Below are positions 19,497 through 30,518 of a stretch of 64,000 bases of DNA, piece by piece. This stretch comes from an uncultured Clostridia bacterium (GTDB lineage: Bacteria > Bacillota > Clostridia > TANB77 > CAG-508): NCBI GenBank assembly GCA_944392175.1, contig CALXVT010000001.1, positions 38,208 through 102,207 on the forward strand. Direction: 5' to 3'. The translations under genes and the position numbers were made by a program. Each line of letters starts with the position of its first letter. The first letter of the stretch is position 1. The notes under the pieces were generated by a model. That model made no database searches, had not been told where the DNA came from, and saw only the letters and a list, made by a program, of their open reading frames with translations.

Positions 19497-19973
19497 ATGA
19501 AAAGAAAGAAAGTACTATTTATTTCAAGTACTGGTGGACATTTTAGTGAACTTATGCAATTAAAACCATTATTTGAAAAATATGATTATCATATAATAAC
19601 TGAAAAAGATAAATTCACATATAGTTTTAAAAAAATATATGGTAAAAAAATTTCATATATGGTTTATGCAACAAGAATGCATCCTTTTAGTTATATATTT
19701 AAATTTCTTTGGGATTGTATTTTAACAGTATATTATTTTATAAAGATTAGACCAAAATATATAGTTACAACTGGTACACACAATGCTGGACCAATGTGTG
19801 TACTTGGAAAAATATTTGGTTCAAAAATAATATATATAGAAACATTTGCAAATAGACGCTCAAAAACAGCTACGGGAAGAATAATTTACCATTTTGCAGA
19901 TTTATTTATTGTACAATGGAAAGAAATGCTTGAAATTTATCCTAAAGCTACATTAGGAGGTTCAATATATTGA
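19497..19973 (+). CDS. Alg14-like glycosyltransferase accessory subunit (PssD/Cps14F-like)
   Basis: FISSTGGHFSELMQL motif and short length. 4-nt overlap (ATGA) with the partner gene. Confidence 0.65.
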   Translation: MKRKKVLFISSTGGHFSELMQLKPLFEKYDYHIITEKDKFTYSFKKIYGKKISYMVYATRMHPFSYIFKFLWDCILTVYYFIKIRPKYIVTTGTHNAGPMCVLGKIFGSKIIYIETFANRRSKTATGRIIYHFADLFIVQWKEMLEIYPKATLGGSIY

Positions 19974-20450
19974 TATTAGTAATGTTAGGAACACAAAATA
20001 ATAGTTTTCATCGTTTACTTGAAAAAATACAAGAAATGATTGATAAAAAAGTAATAAATGAAAAAGTAATTGTTCAAGCAGGAAGAACAAAGTTTGAATC
20101 AAAAGATATGGAAATATTGGGAATAGTTCCAGAAAAGAAATTAAAAAAGCTTATGGACGAAGCAGATTTAATAATAACACATGGTGGAGTTGGATCTATT
20201 GTAACTGCACTTAAGATGCAGAAAAAAGTAATTGCAGTACCACGTCTTAGCGGGTTTAATGAACATGTAAATGACCATCAAATAGAAATAGTAGATACTT
20301 TTGACAAACAAGGTTTATTAATACGGAGTAATAGAATTAACAGAATTTGAAGATGCACTAAAAAGAGTAAAAGATTTTAAACCAGGAAAATTTGTAAGTC
20401 AGACTGAAAATATGATTAAATTAATAGAAGATTTTATAGATAATAATTAG
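19970..20450 (+). CDS. Alg13-like glycosyltransferase (GT28 C-terminal domain, PssE/Cps14G-like), reading frame interrupted by a +1 shift at in-frame CGG 20324-20326
   Basis: Frame A ends ...FDKQGLLIRSNRINRI*. Skipping one base gives ...KQGLLI-G-VIELTEFEDALKRVKDFKPGKFVSQTENMIKLIEDFIDNN*, a typical C-terminus for this family. Confidence 0.65.
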
Positions 20451-20477
20451 GCTCCTTTATATAAAGGAGCTTTATTG
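20450..20477 (+). terminator. rho-independent terminator
   Basis: ggctcctttatataaaggagc followed by tttattg. Confidence 0.55.
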
Positions 20478-20608
20478 TATAACAGGAGACTTCTCACAAT
20501 GTCCCGTTGACACTTATATTTATTTAATATAAAATTACATCAAAATAGATTTGAACATACAATATTTTTTAGTTTGTTCACAGAAATATATAGTTAAAAG
20601 GAGTAAAT

Positions 20609-21685
20609 ATGAAAAAAATATTATTTTCAGCCTATAATTTAGATATTGGAGGAATAGAAACAAGCCTTATAACATTAATAAATTTCTTGTTGGCAAAAGG
20701 ATATGAGATTTCTTTGGTATTAGAGAAAAAAGAAGGATTTTTTTTAGATAAAATTTCGCCAAATGTACAAATTATAGAATATACTCCTGCAAATGATAAA
20801 AATATTTTAATAAGAAAGTTTAAAAATTTAATAAAAAAGATTAAATTTATTTTTAAATATAAAAATAAATTTGATTTTTCGGCAAGTTTTGCAACTTATT
20901 CAATTCCAGGAAGTTTTGTAGCACGTACTTGTGCAAAAAATAATGCATTATGGGGACATGCTGATTATTTAACTGTATATGATGATAATGCAAACGAAAT
21001 GAAACAATTTTTTAAAAAACTAAAATGTAATAAATTTAAACATGTAATTTTTGTTTCAGAAGAAGGAAAAAATAGTTTTATAAAAATCTTCCCTAAATTA
21101 AAAAATAAAATTATGGTTTGTAATAATTTAATTAATGATAAAAGAATAATTAATAAATCAAAAGAAGAAGTTTATGATTTAAAAAAGAAGAATGTTATTA
21201 CTTTTTTAAATGTTGGAAGACATGATGAAAAACAAAAGAAATTATCCAGAATAATAGAGGCATCAGAAAAATTAAAAAATGATGAAAAAAAGTTTAGAGT
21301 TGTATTTATAGGTGAAGGAAAAGACACTTTATTGTATAAAGAAATGGTTGAAAGATTAGGATTAAGAGATAATATAATTTTTCTTGGAAAGAAAGAAAAT
21401 CCATATCCATATTTTAATCTATCAGATGCAATAATATTGTCTTCTGATTATGAAGGATATCCAATGGTTTATTTAGAAGCATTTGTTTTAAATAAGCCAA
21501 TTATTACAACAAAAGTTTCAGATTATCAAGAGTTGGAAGGAAAAGGAATAACAGTAGATAAAAATACAGATGCTATATATAGTGCTATGAAAGAATTTAT
21601 AGAAGAGGGATATAAAATAACAAAAAAATTTGATGCAAAAAAATACAATGAAGAAATTATTGAAAAATTAGAGAAAATTTTTTAA
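20609..21685 (+). CDS. glycosyltransferase family 4 (group 1)
   Basis: C-terminal EGYPMVYLEAF motif. 358 aa. Confidence 0.7.
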   Translation: MKKILFSAYNLDIGGIETSLITLINFLLAKGYEISLVLEKKEGFFLDKISPNVQIIEYTPANDKNILIRKFKNLIKKIKFIFKYKNKFDFSASFATYSIPGSFVARTCAKNNALWGHADYLTVYDDNANEMKQFFKKLKCNKFKHVIFVSEEGKNSFIKIFPKLKNKIMVCNNLINDKRIINKSKEEVYDLKKKNVITFLNVGRHDEKQKKLSRIIEASEKLKNDEKKFRVVFIGEGKDTLLYKEMVERLGLRDNIIFLGKKENPYPYFNLSDAIILSSDYEGYPMVYLEAFVLNKPIITTKVSDYQELEGKGITVDKNTDAIYSAMKEFIEEGYKITKKFDAKKYNEEIIEKLEKIF

Positions 21686-22642
21686 ATGGAGCTTATAATG
21701 AGTAAATTAAGTGTAATTATACCAGTATATAATAATGAAAAATATTTAGAAAGATGTTTTAATTCTATATTAAATCAAAATATAAATGATTTAGAAATCA
21801 TAGTTGTAAATGATGGCAGTACAGATAATTCTGATAAAATAATACAAGAATACGAAAAAAATCATCAAGAAATTAAGTATTTCAAAAAAGAAAATACAGG
21901 AGTTGCTGATAGCAGAAATTATGGGATAGAAAAAGCTAGTGGAAAGTATATAATGTTTTTAGATGCAGATGATTATGTAGATATAGCGTTATATAAAAAC
22001 ATTAAAAAATATATTGATGAAGATATAGATTTAATAAAATACAAAATACAAATAGTAGATAAAAATGAGAAAACAATTGAGCTAATTCAAGGTGCAAATT
22101 TTGAAAAAATTAGTGGGGAAGAAGGATTTTCTAAATTATATTCTACAGATGTATTGTTAGATTCACCATGTACATATATAATAAAAAAAGAAATATTTGA
22201 AAAAAATAATTTAAAATTTAAAGTCGGAACTGAACACGAAGATTTTGGTTTAATACCTTTTGTAATTGTATATGCTAAAACTATGGTTTCAATTAATTTT
22301 TATGGATATTATTATGTACAGACTGATGACAGTATTACTAGAAATGGAGATTATAATAGAACTTTAAAGAAAGCATATGATGCATTAAAACATTATGATG
22401 ATGCAATAGAAAAAATTAAGAACTTGAATGTTAGTAAGAGTACAAAGGATAATTTGAAAATATATTATACAAATGCAATTTTAACCAAAGTGAAATCATT
22501 AGCAAAAAAGGATAAAGTTGGATATATGGCAGAATTAAAAAAAAGAAAATTATATAAAAACATCAAAATTAGAAATGTAAAGCAATTAATAAAAAAAATA
22601 TTATTATTTTCTAATATAGATAATTATTTAAAATTAAAATAG
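21686..22642 (+). CDS. glycosyltransferase family 2
   Basis: LSVIIPVYN...VNDGSTD...LDADD motifs. Alternative start at the ATG at 21698. Confidence 0.75.
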   Translation: MELIMSKLSVIIPVYNNEKYLERCFNSILNQNINDLEIIVVNDGSTDNSDKIIQEYEKNHQEIKYFKKENTGVADSRNYGIEKASGKYIMFLDADDYVDIALYKNIKKYIDEDIDLIKYKIQIVDKNEKTIELIQGANFEKISGEEGFSKLYSTDVLLDSPCTYIIKKEIFEKNNLKFKVGTEHEDFGLIPFVIVYAKTMVSINFYGYYYVQTDDSITRNGDYNRTLKKAYDALKHYDDAIEKIKNLNVSKSTKDNLKIYYTNAILTKVKSLAKKDKVGYMAELKKRKLYKNIKIRNVKQLIKKILLFSNIDNYLKLK

Positions 22643-22659
22643 GAGGGAAATTTTTATAC

Positions 22660-23646
22660 ATGTGTAAAGTATCTGTAATAGTTCCATTTTATAATGTAGA
22701 AGAATATATAGAAAGATCAATAAAATCTGTAGTTGAACAGTCTTTAGAAGATATAGAAATAATATTAGTAAATGATGGAAGTAAAGATGGTTCTGAAGAA
22801 ATTGTTCAAAAATATCTTAATATGTATCCAGAAAAAATTAAATATCTAAAAAAGAAAAATGGAGGTCTATCAGATGCAAGAAATTATGCAATTTCTTATG
22901 CGACAGGTGAATATATTGCTTTTTTAGACTCTGACGATTATATAGAAGAAGATATGTATAAAGAAATGTATGAAACTGCAAAGATTGATAATGCTGATGT
23001 TGTTGAATGTGATTATTTTTGGGAATATCCCGAGGAAACTATAAGAAGTAGTGGAAAAACATATAAAAACAGACATGATATGTTAGTAAATTCAAGAGTT
23101 GTAGCTTGGAACAAATTAATAAAAAGAGATGTATTAATAAATAGTAAAATTAAATTTCCAGTAGGATTAAGATATGAAGATGTAGAATTCTTTTATAAAT
23201 TAATACCTTATATAAATAGTATTTCAATTGTGAAAAAGCCTTTTGTTCATTATGTACAAAGAGAAAGCTCTATTTCAAATGTGCAAAATGAAAAAACAGC
23301 TGATATAATAAAAATTTTAAATAATGTAATAGATTATTATAAAGAAAAAAATCTATTTGAAGAGTATAAAGTGGATTTGGAATATATTTATTCAAGATAC
23401 ATACTATGTAGTTCTTTACTTAGGATGGTAATGATAGAAGATAAAATTAAAAGAGAAAAAGTAATTAATTATGCTTGGGATAGTTTAAATAAAAAATTCC
23501 CAAATTGGAAGAAAAATCCATATTTAAAAGAAAAGAATCAAAAAAATTATTATATGCTAAGTATTACACCACAAACTTTGAAGATATATTCAAAATTAGG
23601 AAGGATAAGAAGTATACGTAAAAAAATACAAGAAAAATTTATATAG
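22660..23646 (+). CDS. glycosyltransferase family 2
   Basis: VSVIVPFYN...VNDGSKD...LDSDD. Confidence 0.75.
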   Translation: MCKVSVIVPFYNVEEYIERSIKSVVEQSLEDIEIILVNDGSKDGSEEIVQKYLNMYPEKIKYLKKKNGGLSDARNYAISYATGEYIAFLDSDDYIEEDMYKEMYETAKIDNADVVECDYFWEYPEETIRSSGKTYKNRHDMLVNSRVVAWNKLIKRDVLINSKIKFPVGLRYEDVEFFYKLIPYINSISIVKKPFVHYVQRESSISNVQNEKTADIIKILNNVIDYYKEKNLFEEYKVDLEYIYSRYILCSSLLRMVMIEDKIKREKVINYAWDSLNKKFPNWKKNPYLKEKNQKNYYMLSITPQTLKIYSKLGRIRSIRKKIQEKFI

Positions 23647-23662
23647 TTTAGAAGGATGATAT

Positions 23663-24781
23663 ATGAAAATAATATTTGGAATAACTAGCCTTACAATTGG
23701 AGGGGCTGAAAAAGTTTTAGTTGATATTGCTAATAAACTAAGTACAAAACATGAAATTACGATTTTGACAATATATTCAAATGGAGAATTAGAAAAAAAA
23801 TTAAATAAAAATGTTAAATTGAAATCTATATTTAATTTTAAATTTGATGATTTATCAAAGTTGAAAAAACAATTAATATCACTAAAATTACTATTATTTA
23901 AAAAATATTATTACAAAAGATATGTTAAATCAAATAATGATATAGAAATAGCATTTTTAGAGGGACCAATTACAAGGATTTTTGGAGTAAGGAATCCAAA
24001 AGTAAAAAAAATTGCATGGATTCATAATGATATTTCTAAAGTTTTTGGAAATGGTCTAAAAGCAAAAATTAAAATCGCTATTGATAAAAAGACATATGGT
24101 AAATATAGAACTTTAATTTTTGTAAGTAAAGATAATAGAGACAGATTTACAGAAGTTTATAAAGATGTAAGAGATGAGTATTTGCAACCTGTTCACAAAA
24201 GAGTTGTGTATAATTATATAAATCCAGAAAATGTAAGAAAATGTGCAGATGAAAAAATAGAAGATGAGTTTAATAAAAATACAATAAACTTTTTAATAGT
24301 TGCAAGGCTTACTAAACAAAAAAGAATTGATAGAGTAATTGAGGTTCATAAAAATTTAATTGAACATAAATATATTCATAATTTTTATGTAATTGGTGAT
24401 GGTCCAGAAAAAGAAAATTTAGAGAAGCAAATACAAGCTAGTAATGTGCAAGAGACATTTCACTTATTAGGCTTAAAAGAAAATCCATATCCATATATGA
24501 AAAAAGCAGATTTTATATGTCTTTTATCTGAATTTGAAGGATATGGAATGGTAATAGAAGAGGCAAAAATATTGGGTAAACCGATTATTATAACAGATAC
24601 TGCTGCAAGAGAAGCGGTTGAAAATTATAAAAATTCAATTATTGTAAAAAATACGGAACAAGGGATATACTCAGAAATTAGAGATATTCTAAAAAAGAAA
24701 ATTAAGAATTTTTCAAACGAAAGAGAAGATTATAATAATGAGAGAATATTACAAAAAATAGAAAAGATATTAGAAGAGTAG
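23663..24781 (+). CDS. glycosyltransferase family 4 (group 1)
   Basis: EFEGYGMVIEEAKILGKPII motif. Confidence 0.7.
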   Translation: MKIIFGITSLTIGGAEKVLVDIANKLSTKHEITILTIYSNGELEKKLNKNVKLKSIFNFKFDDLSKLKKQLISLKLLLFKKYYYKRYVKSNNDIEIAFLEGPITRIFGVRNPKVKKIAWIHNDISKVFGNGLKAKIKIAIDKKTYGKYRTLIFVSKDNRDRFTEVYKDVRDEYLQPVHKRVVYNYINPENVRKCADEKIEDEFNKNTINFLIVARLTKQKRIDRVIEVHKNLIEHKYIHNFYVIGDGPEKENLEKQIQASNVQETFHLLGLKENPYPYMKKADFICLLSEFEGYGMVIEEAKILGKPIIITDTAAREAVENYKNSIIVKNTEQGIYSEIRDILKKKIKNFSNEREDYNNERILQKIEKILEE

Positions 24782-24790
24782 GGAAAAATT

Positions 24791-25690
24791 ATGAAATTAT
24801 CAATATTAACAGCAACATATAATAGGGCGAGCCTATTAATTAGATTATATGCGAGTATTTTAAATAATTTGAATTCTGGAATAGATGTAGAATGGCTTAT
24901 AATGGATGATGGTTCAAATGATGATACAGAAATGATTATAAGCAAAATAAGAAAAGAAAGTAAGTTTGAAATTAAATATTTAAAACAAGTAAATTTAGGT
25001 AAGATGCAGGCAATAAACAATTTAATGAATTACGTAACAGGTGATTTAATTATAGAGTGTGATTCAGATGATTGTTTTGCAGATGACGCATTTTTTAATA
25101 TAAAAAGTGCATATGAAGACTCAAAATACGAAAAAGATTTATATGCGATGTGTTTTCTTAAATTAGATCAGAATGGTAAAAACTTAGGTAATAAATTTAA
25201 AAAAGAAAAAACAACAATGTTTGATTTATATTTTAAAGATTCAGAAAATGGAGAAAAAGCTCTTGTATTTTTTACAGAAATAAGAAAACAATATAAATAT
25301 GAGATAGAAAATAATGAAAAGTTTATTACTGAAGCTAGTATGTATCATGAGATGGATTTAAAATATAAAATAAGATGTTACAATATACCAATATTAATGT
25401 GTGAATATATGGAAGATGGATATAGTAAAAATATAAACAAGATATTTAAGAATAATCCATTTGGGTATTTAAAATATTTTAAAGATATATTAACAAAACA
25501 TGATATGGTGGGAGTTCCTTTTTCAAAAAGATTATATGTAATCAAACATTATATATTATTTTTAACCTTAACAAAGGAAAAAGAAAATATTTTGGAAAAT
25601 ATTGATGGATTTTTAAATAAAGCTTTGATTGTTTTATTATATATTCCAGGTAAAATAATTACTAAAATAAAATTTAATAAGATTAATTAA
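24791..25690 (+). CDS. glycosyltransferase family 2-like
   Basis: LSILTATYNRASLL...MDDGSNDDT...CDSDD. Confidence 0.6.
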   Translation: MKLSILTATYNRASLLIRLYASILNNLNSGIDVEWLIMDDGSNDDTEMIISKIRKESKFEIKYLKQVNLGKMQAINNLMNYVTGDLIIECDSDDCFADDAFFNIKSAYEDSKYEKDLYAMCFLKLDQNGKNLGNKFKKEKTTMFDLYFKDSENGEKALVFFTEIRKQYKYEIENNEKFITEASMYHEMDLKYKIRCYNIPILMCEYMEDGYSKNINKIFKNNPFGYLKYFKDILTKHDMVGVPFSKRLYVIKHYILFLTLTKEKENILENIDGFLNKALIVLLYIPGKIITKIKFNKIN

Positions 25691-25749
25691 ATTTTGAATA
25701 ACCAAATTGCTTAGGCAAAGAATTTAATAAAAGTGTTAAGCTATGTATA

Positions 25750-25790
25750 AAGGACGTTTTTATAAAATGTAAAACGTCCTTAAACTTTAC
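25750..25790 (+). terminator. rho-independent terminator
   Basis: aaggacgtttt...aaaacgtcctt. Confidence 0.55.
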
Positions 25791-25847
25791 TAAAGATTTA
25801 AAAGATGGTATAATTACCAAAGTCTTATAATTCAAAAGGAGAAGATA

Positions 25848-28800
25848 ATGGTACAAGATAAGAAAATAAGTATAGTAATACCAAATTATAAAGATGATAA
25901 ATATATAGAAAATACACTAAAAAGTGTAATAAATCAAACATATAAAAATTTAGAGATAATATTAATTTGTGATGAACCAAGTGTAGAAAAAGAAAAATTA
26001 ATAAAAAAATATGTAGATAAAGATGAGAGAATAAAATATATAAAAAATGATAAAAAACAAGGAAAGTTTAATGCAAGGATTAGTGGAATTAAAGAAGCAA
26101 CAGGTGATTTTATTGCATTTTTAGATACAAATACTTATGCATCTATAGATTTTTATAGAAGCTTAATTTATAAAGCAAATGAAACAAATGCAGATGTTGT
26201 AATTGGTGATATTGTATACGAAAAAGAAAATGGAGATAAATTTATTTATAATTTAATGCAATTACCATTAAAAGATATTGAGGGAAACGAATGCTTTTTA
26301 AGATATTTTGAACAAAGTGGATTAAATCCATTTTGGAATAAAATTTGGAATAAAATATATTCAAAAGAAATTGTAAAAAAAGCATTAGAAGAGATTAAAA
26401 ATCTAGAAACAAAAGTTGATTATACAACAGAATTTGTATTGTCAACATTATTATTTTATTATACAAAAAAGATTTCTAGAATAGATAATGATAATATATT
26501 TTTTATAGAAGATGAGAAAAATACGTCAAAAGAAAAATTATTTGAAAAGACGGAAGAATTAGTAGATACATTTAATTTTATAGAAAATTTCTTGAAAAAG
26601 GAACAATTAAAAGATACATTAAGTAAAAATATAGAAGATTGGAAACATTATTTTTATCAAGATTTAATTGATAGAGCAGGAAATATAAATAATTCAGTAA
26701 AAAAAGAAATGGCAGAAAGACTAGAAAAATTTACTAAAAATCATAAAGAGTTGTTAGATAAAAACTATTTTAAATGTGTAAAATCTGTATGGAACCATAA
26801 TTTAGAAAGGATAAAGAGAAACCTAGCAAATCCAGAAATTAAATATGTAAGTTTTGATGTATTTGATACACTAGTAGTACGTCCATTTTTAAATCCAACA
26901 GATTTATTTTCTGCAGTAGATAAAGAGTTTAGAAAGTATACAAATAATAGTACAGGGATGGATTTTACTAAAATAAGAATTTTTAGTGAAATTCAAACAA
27001 GAAACAAAATACAAACAAAAAAATGTCAAGATGTTACATTGGATGAAATTTATGAAACAATGCAAGAAGAATATCATATTTCTAAAGATATATTAGAAAA
27101 AACAAAGCAAAAAGAAATAGAATATGAAATAAGATTTTGCACAAGAAGAAATACTGGATATGAATTATATCAAATGGCTTTAGCGATTGGAAAAAAAGTA
27201 ATTTGTACATCTGATATGTATTTACCAAAAGATGTAGTGGAAAACATACTAGAGAAAAATGGATATACAGAATTAAGTAAAATATATGTTTCATCAGAAT
27301 ACAAAATTACAAAGGCAAGTGAAGATTTATTTAAATTTGTATTAGAACAAGAAAAAATAAGTGCAAAACAAATGGCACATATTGGAGATAATTACTTTTC
27401 GGATTATGAAAATCCTAAAAAGCTAGGAATAAAAGCAGATCATTTGCCAAAAGCATCAGATATCTTCCAAGATAAAAATGTTACACACAATTTATCATTA
27501 ATGTTTAATAAAAGTCTTCCGATGTGGAGAGATAATAAAAATGCATTAAACTTCTTAGGAATTAGATGTATGATGGGAATTGTTGCAAATAAATATTTTG
27601 ATAATCCATATAAAACATTTAATTACAATGCAGATTTTAATGCTGATCCATATTTAATTGGATATTATGCGTTAGGAATGTATATGTTTGGATTAACAAA
27701 ATGGATATTGGATGATGTTCAAGGGAAAAATTATGAAAAAATGGTATTTATGGCTAGAGATGGATATTTACCAATAAAATGTTATAATATCTTAGGAAAA
27801 TTGTATAAAAGTCTTCCTAAAGCAGAATATTTATATATTTCTAGAAAGGCATTAATACCAATTACAATTCAGACAGAATTGGATTTATATAAATTATCAG
27901 AAGTTATTAATGTTACAAATCATAGTCCAAGAGATATTTTGAAATATATAAAAGATTGTATAACAATTAAAGATGAAAAAGAATTTGAGAAAATATGTAA
28001 AGAAAATAAAATAAAAATGGATGAAGATTTTAAGATAATCGAAAATTTTGATAAATTTATAAATTTAGTAATAGAAAACCTATATGACAAAGATAAACAA
28101 GAACAAAATTTGCAAAAATATAGGAAATATTTTAAAGATATTTTTGGAGAACATTCAGCAACATTTGATATTGGATATAGTGCAAGACCAGAAATGTTTT
28201 TGTCTAATTTATTAAAAACACCAATAGACACATATTTTTGTAATATAAATCATTCAGAAGCACAGAGACATGCACAAATTGGTGGATTTAAACTAAAAAC
28301 ATTTTTTGATGCAAAACCAACAACAACAGGACATGCATATGAAATGATGCTTTCTGCACTAGCGCCATCTTGTATAGGTTATGATTTATCAGGAGACAAA
28401 GTAACACCAATATTCGAAAAATATGAAAATACTTATACTGTAGAATTTGCTATGACAACTATGCAAAAAGCTGCAGAAGATTTTGTAACAGATATGGTAG
28501 AAATATTTAAAGATGATATTGATGTAATATATTATCAAAATTATTATATTTCATTACCATTTATGGCATATATAAATTCATCTAAAGAAATAGACAAAAT
28601 GCCATTTTCTTCAGTTATATTTGAAGATAATGTTGGTCTTGGTGAGCCACTAAAAATGGTTACAAATTGGACAAAAGATTTAAGTTTAAGAAACCAAGCT
28701 ACAATGGATAATTTATTTAATATAGATAATGATATTTCAGAATTTTTAGGAGAAAATGAATTAGTATATAACTCAACTGTAGACTTAAAAGATAGAAATA

Positions 28801-28925
28801 AGTTTATTAGATTAATTTATTATACATTATTTGATAAAAAGACTTTACAAAGAAGAATTGGGGATATTTGTTATAAAAATAAAATTTTATGGGCTATATA
28901 TAAAACTATAAAATATAGAAAATAG
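25848..28925 (+). CDS. glycosyltransferase family 2 fused to a HAD-like hydrolase domain (1025 aa)
   Basis: N-terminal ISIVIPNYK...ICDEPS GT2. Central FDVFDTLVVRPF (DxDxT HAD motif I) ... GDNYFSD. Confidence 0.6.
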   Translation: MVQDKKISIVIPNYKDDKYIENTLKSVINQTYKNLEIILICDEPSVEKEKLIKKYVDKDERIKYIKNDKKQGKFNARISGIKEATGDFIAFLDTNTYASIDFYRSLIYKANETNADVVIGDIVYEKENGDKFIYNLMQLPLKDIEGNECFLRYFEQSGLNPFWNKIWNKIYSKEIVKKALEEIKNLETKVDYTTEFVLSTLLFYYTKKISRIDNDNIFFIEDEKNTSKEKLFEKTEELVDTFNFIENFLKKEQLKDTLSKNIEDWKHYFYQDLIDRAGNINNSVKKEMAERLEKFTKNHKELLDKNYFKCVKSVWNHNLERIKRNLANPEIKYVSFDVFDTLVVRPFLNPTDLFSAVDKEFRKYTNNSTGMDFTKIRIFSEIQTRNKIQTKKCQDVTLDEIYETMQEEYHISKDILEKTKQKEIEYEIRFCTRRNTGYELYQMALAIGKKVICTSDMYLPKDVVENILEKNGYTELSKIYVSSEYKITKASEDLFKFVLEQEKISAKQMAHIGDNYFSDYENPKKLGIKADHLPKASDIFQDKNVTHNLSLMFNKSLPMWRDNKNALNFLGIRCMMGIVANKYFDNPYKTFNYNADFNADPYLIGYYALGMYMFGLTKWILDDVQGKNYEKMVFMARDGYLPIKCYNILGKLYKSLPKAEYLYISRKALIPITIQTELDLYKLSEVINVTNHSPRDILKYIKDCITIKDEKEFEKICKENKIKMDEDFKIIENFDKFINLVIENLYDKDKQEQNLQKYRKYFKDIFGEHSATFDIGYSARPEMFLSNLLKTPIDTYFCNINHSEAQRHAQIGGFKLKTFFDAKPTTTGHAYEMMLSALAPSCIGYDLSGDKVTPIFEKYENTYTVEFAMTTMQKAAEDFVTDMVEIFKDDIDVIYYQNYYISLPFMAYINSSKEIDKMPFSSVIFEDNVGLGEPLKMVTNWTKDLSLRNQATMDNLFNIDNDISEFLGENELVYNSTVDLKDRNKFIRLIYYTLFDKKTLQRRIGDICYKNKILWAIYKTIKYRK

Positions 28926-28972
28926 CCGTTAAACAAATGTTAAATATTAAAAAATAGGAGGCCAAAAGGTAA

Positions 28973-29707
28973 GTGGAAAATAATTATAGTATAGAAGTAC
29001 AAGACGTATATAAAACATTTAATGTATATCTAGACAAAGCTAATAGCCTAAAAGAAAAATTACTTTTTTGGCAAAGAAATAAAAAAGAAATAAGAGAAGT
29101 TTTAAAAGGAATCAATTTAAACATTAATAAAGGTGAAGCTGTTGCATTAATTGGAGTAAATGGTAGCGGAAAATCAACTTTATTAAAATTAATGACAAAA
29201 ATAATTTATCCTAATAAAGGAAAAATCATTACACATGGAAAATTAACATCTTTACTAGAGTTGGGCGCAGGATTTCATCCTGATTTTTCAGGCAGAGAAA
29301 ATATATATTTCAACGCTTCAATTTTTGGACTTACAAAAAAGCAAATTGATGAAAGAGTGGATAAAATAATAGAATTTTCTGAATTAGAAAAATATATAGA
29401 TAATCCGGTAAGAACATATTCATCAGGAATGTTTATGAGGCTTGCTTTTGCAGTAGCTATAAATGTTGATGCAGAAATTTTATTAGTAGACGAAATTTTA
29501 TCTGTAGGAGATCAACATTTTCAAGAAAAATGTTTAAATAAAATGAAGGAATTAAAGGCAGAAGGAAAAACAATGGTATTTGTTACACATAATTTAGAAT
29601 CAGCTAAAGAATTATGTGATAGAACAGTATGGTTACATCAAGGTGTAATTAAGATGGATGGAAATACTGATGAAGTAATAAACGAATATCTTAAAGAAAC
29701 AAAATAA
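28973..29707 (+). CDS. ABC transporter ATP-binding protein (TagH-like), second copy
   Basis: GTG start, AGGAGG RBS. GVNGSGKST, YSSGMFMRLAFA, LLVDEILSVGD. Confidence 0.8.
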   Translation: MENNYSIEVQDVYKTFNVYLDKANSLKEKLLFWQRNKKEIREVLKGINLNINKGEAVALIGVNGSGKSTLLKLMTKIIYPNKGKIITHGKLTSLLELGAGFHPDFSGRENIYFNASIFGLTKKQIDERVDKIIEFSELEKYIDNPVRTYSSGMFMRLAFAVAINVDAEILLVDEILSVGDQHFQEKCLNKMKELKAEGKTMVFVTHNLESAKELCDRTVWLHQGVIKMDGNTDEVINEYLKETK

Positions 29708-29721
29708 GAGAGGAAAAAGTA

Positions 29722-30495
29722 ATGAGTGTATTTAAAGGATTATACGAATACAGAGAATTATTAAAAACAAGCATAAAAAAAGATATAAGGGGAAAATATA
29801 AAAGCTCTATATTAGGAGTACTTTGGTCATTTCTAAATCCATTATTACAACTTGCAGTATATGCAATAGTTTTTCCTCTTATAATGAAAAGTAATATACC
29901 TAATTATACAGTTTTTGTATGTTGTGGATTAATACCATGGACATTTTTCTCTACAGCAATCTCGAGAACATCATTTGTAATGGTAGAAAATGCAAATATT
30001 ATAAAAAAGGTATATTTCCCAAGAGAAATATTACCGATATCAATAGTAACAAGTGAAATGGTTAATTTTATAATATCTACAATTATAATTTTAGCATTTG
30101 TTATAGCTTATGGAATTGGATTTTCATGGTATATAGTATTTTATCCAGTAATTTTAATAATACAATATATTCTCTTAATAGGTATTTCATTATTAGTATC
30201 TAGTATTACTGTATATATTAGAGATTTGCAACATTTTATAGGAATTTTATTACAATTACTATTTTATGCAACTCCAATAGTTTATGGCTTAGATATAATA
30301 CCACAATCTTTTAGATGGATATTAAAAATAAATCCAATGTCATATATAATAGATGGATATAGGTCAATATTTTATTATCAAAGAATGCCGGATTTTGTAG
30401 GACTTGGAATTGTATTAGCAATTAGTGTGATATTATGCATAATTGGCTATTTGATATTTAATAAATTACAGAAGAGATTTGCAGAGGAATTATAG
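29722..30495 (+). CDS. ABC-2 type exporter permease (TagG-like), second copy
   Basis: 257 aa, 6 TM. Homologous to the partial permease at 1-653. Confidence 0.75.
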   Translation: MSVFKGLYEYRELLKTSIKKDIRGKYKSSILGVLWSFLNPLLQLAVYAIVFPLIMKSNIPNYTVFVCCGLIPWTFFSTAISRTSFVMVENANIIKKVYFPREILPISIVTSEMVNFIISTIIILAFVIAYGIGFSWYIVFYPVILIIQYILLIGISLLVSSITVYIRDLQHFIGILLQLLFYATPIVYGLDIIPQSFRWILKINPMSYIIDGYRSIFYYQRMPDFVGLGIVLAISVILCIIGYLIFNKLQKRFAEEL

Positions 30496-30518
30496 AAAAG
30501 TAAGAAGAGGAACTTTGT

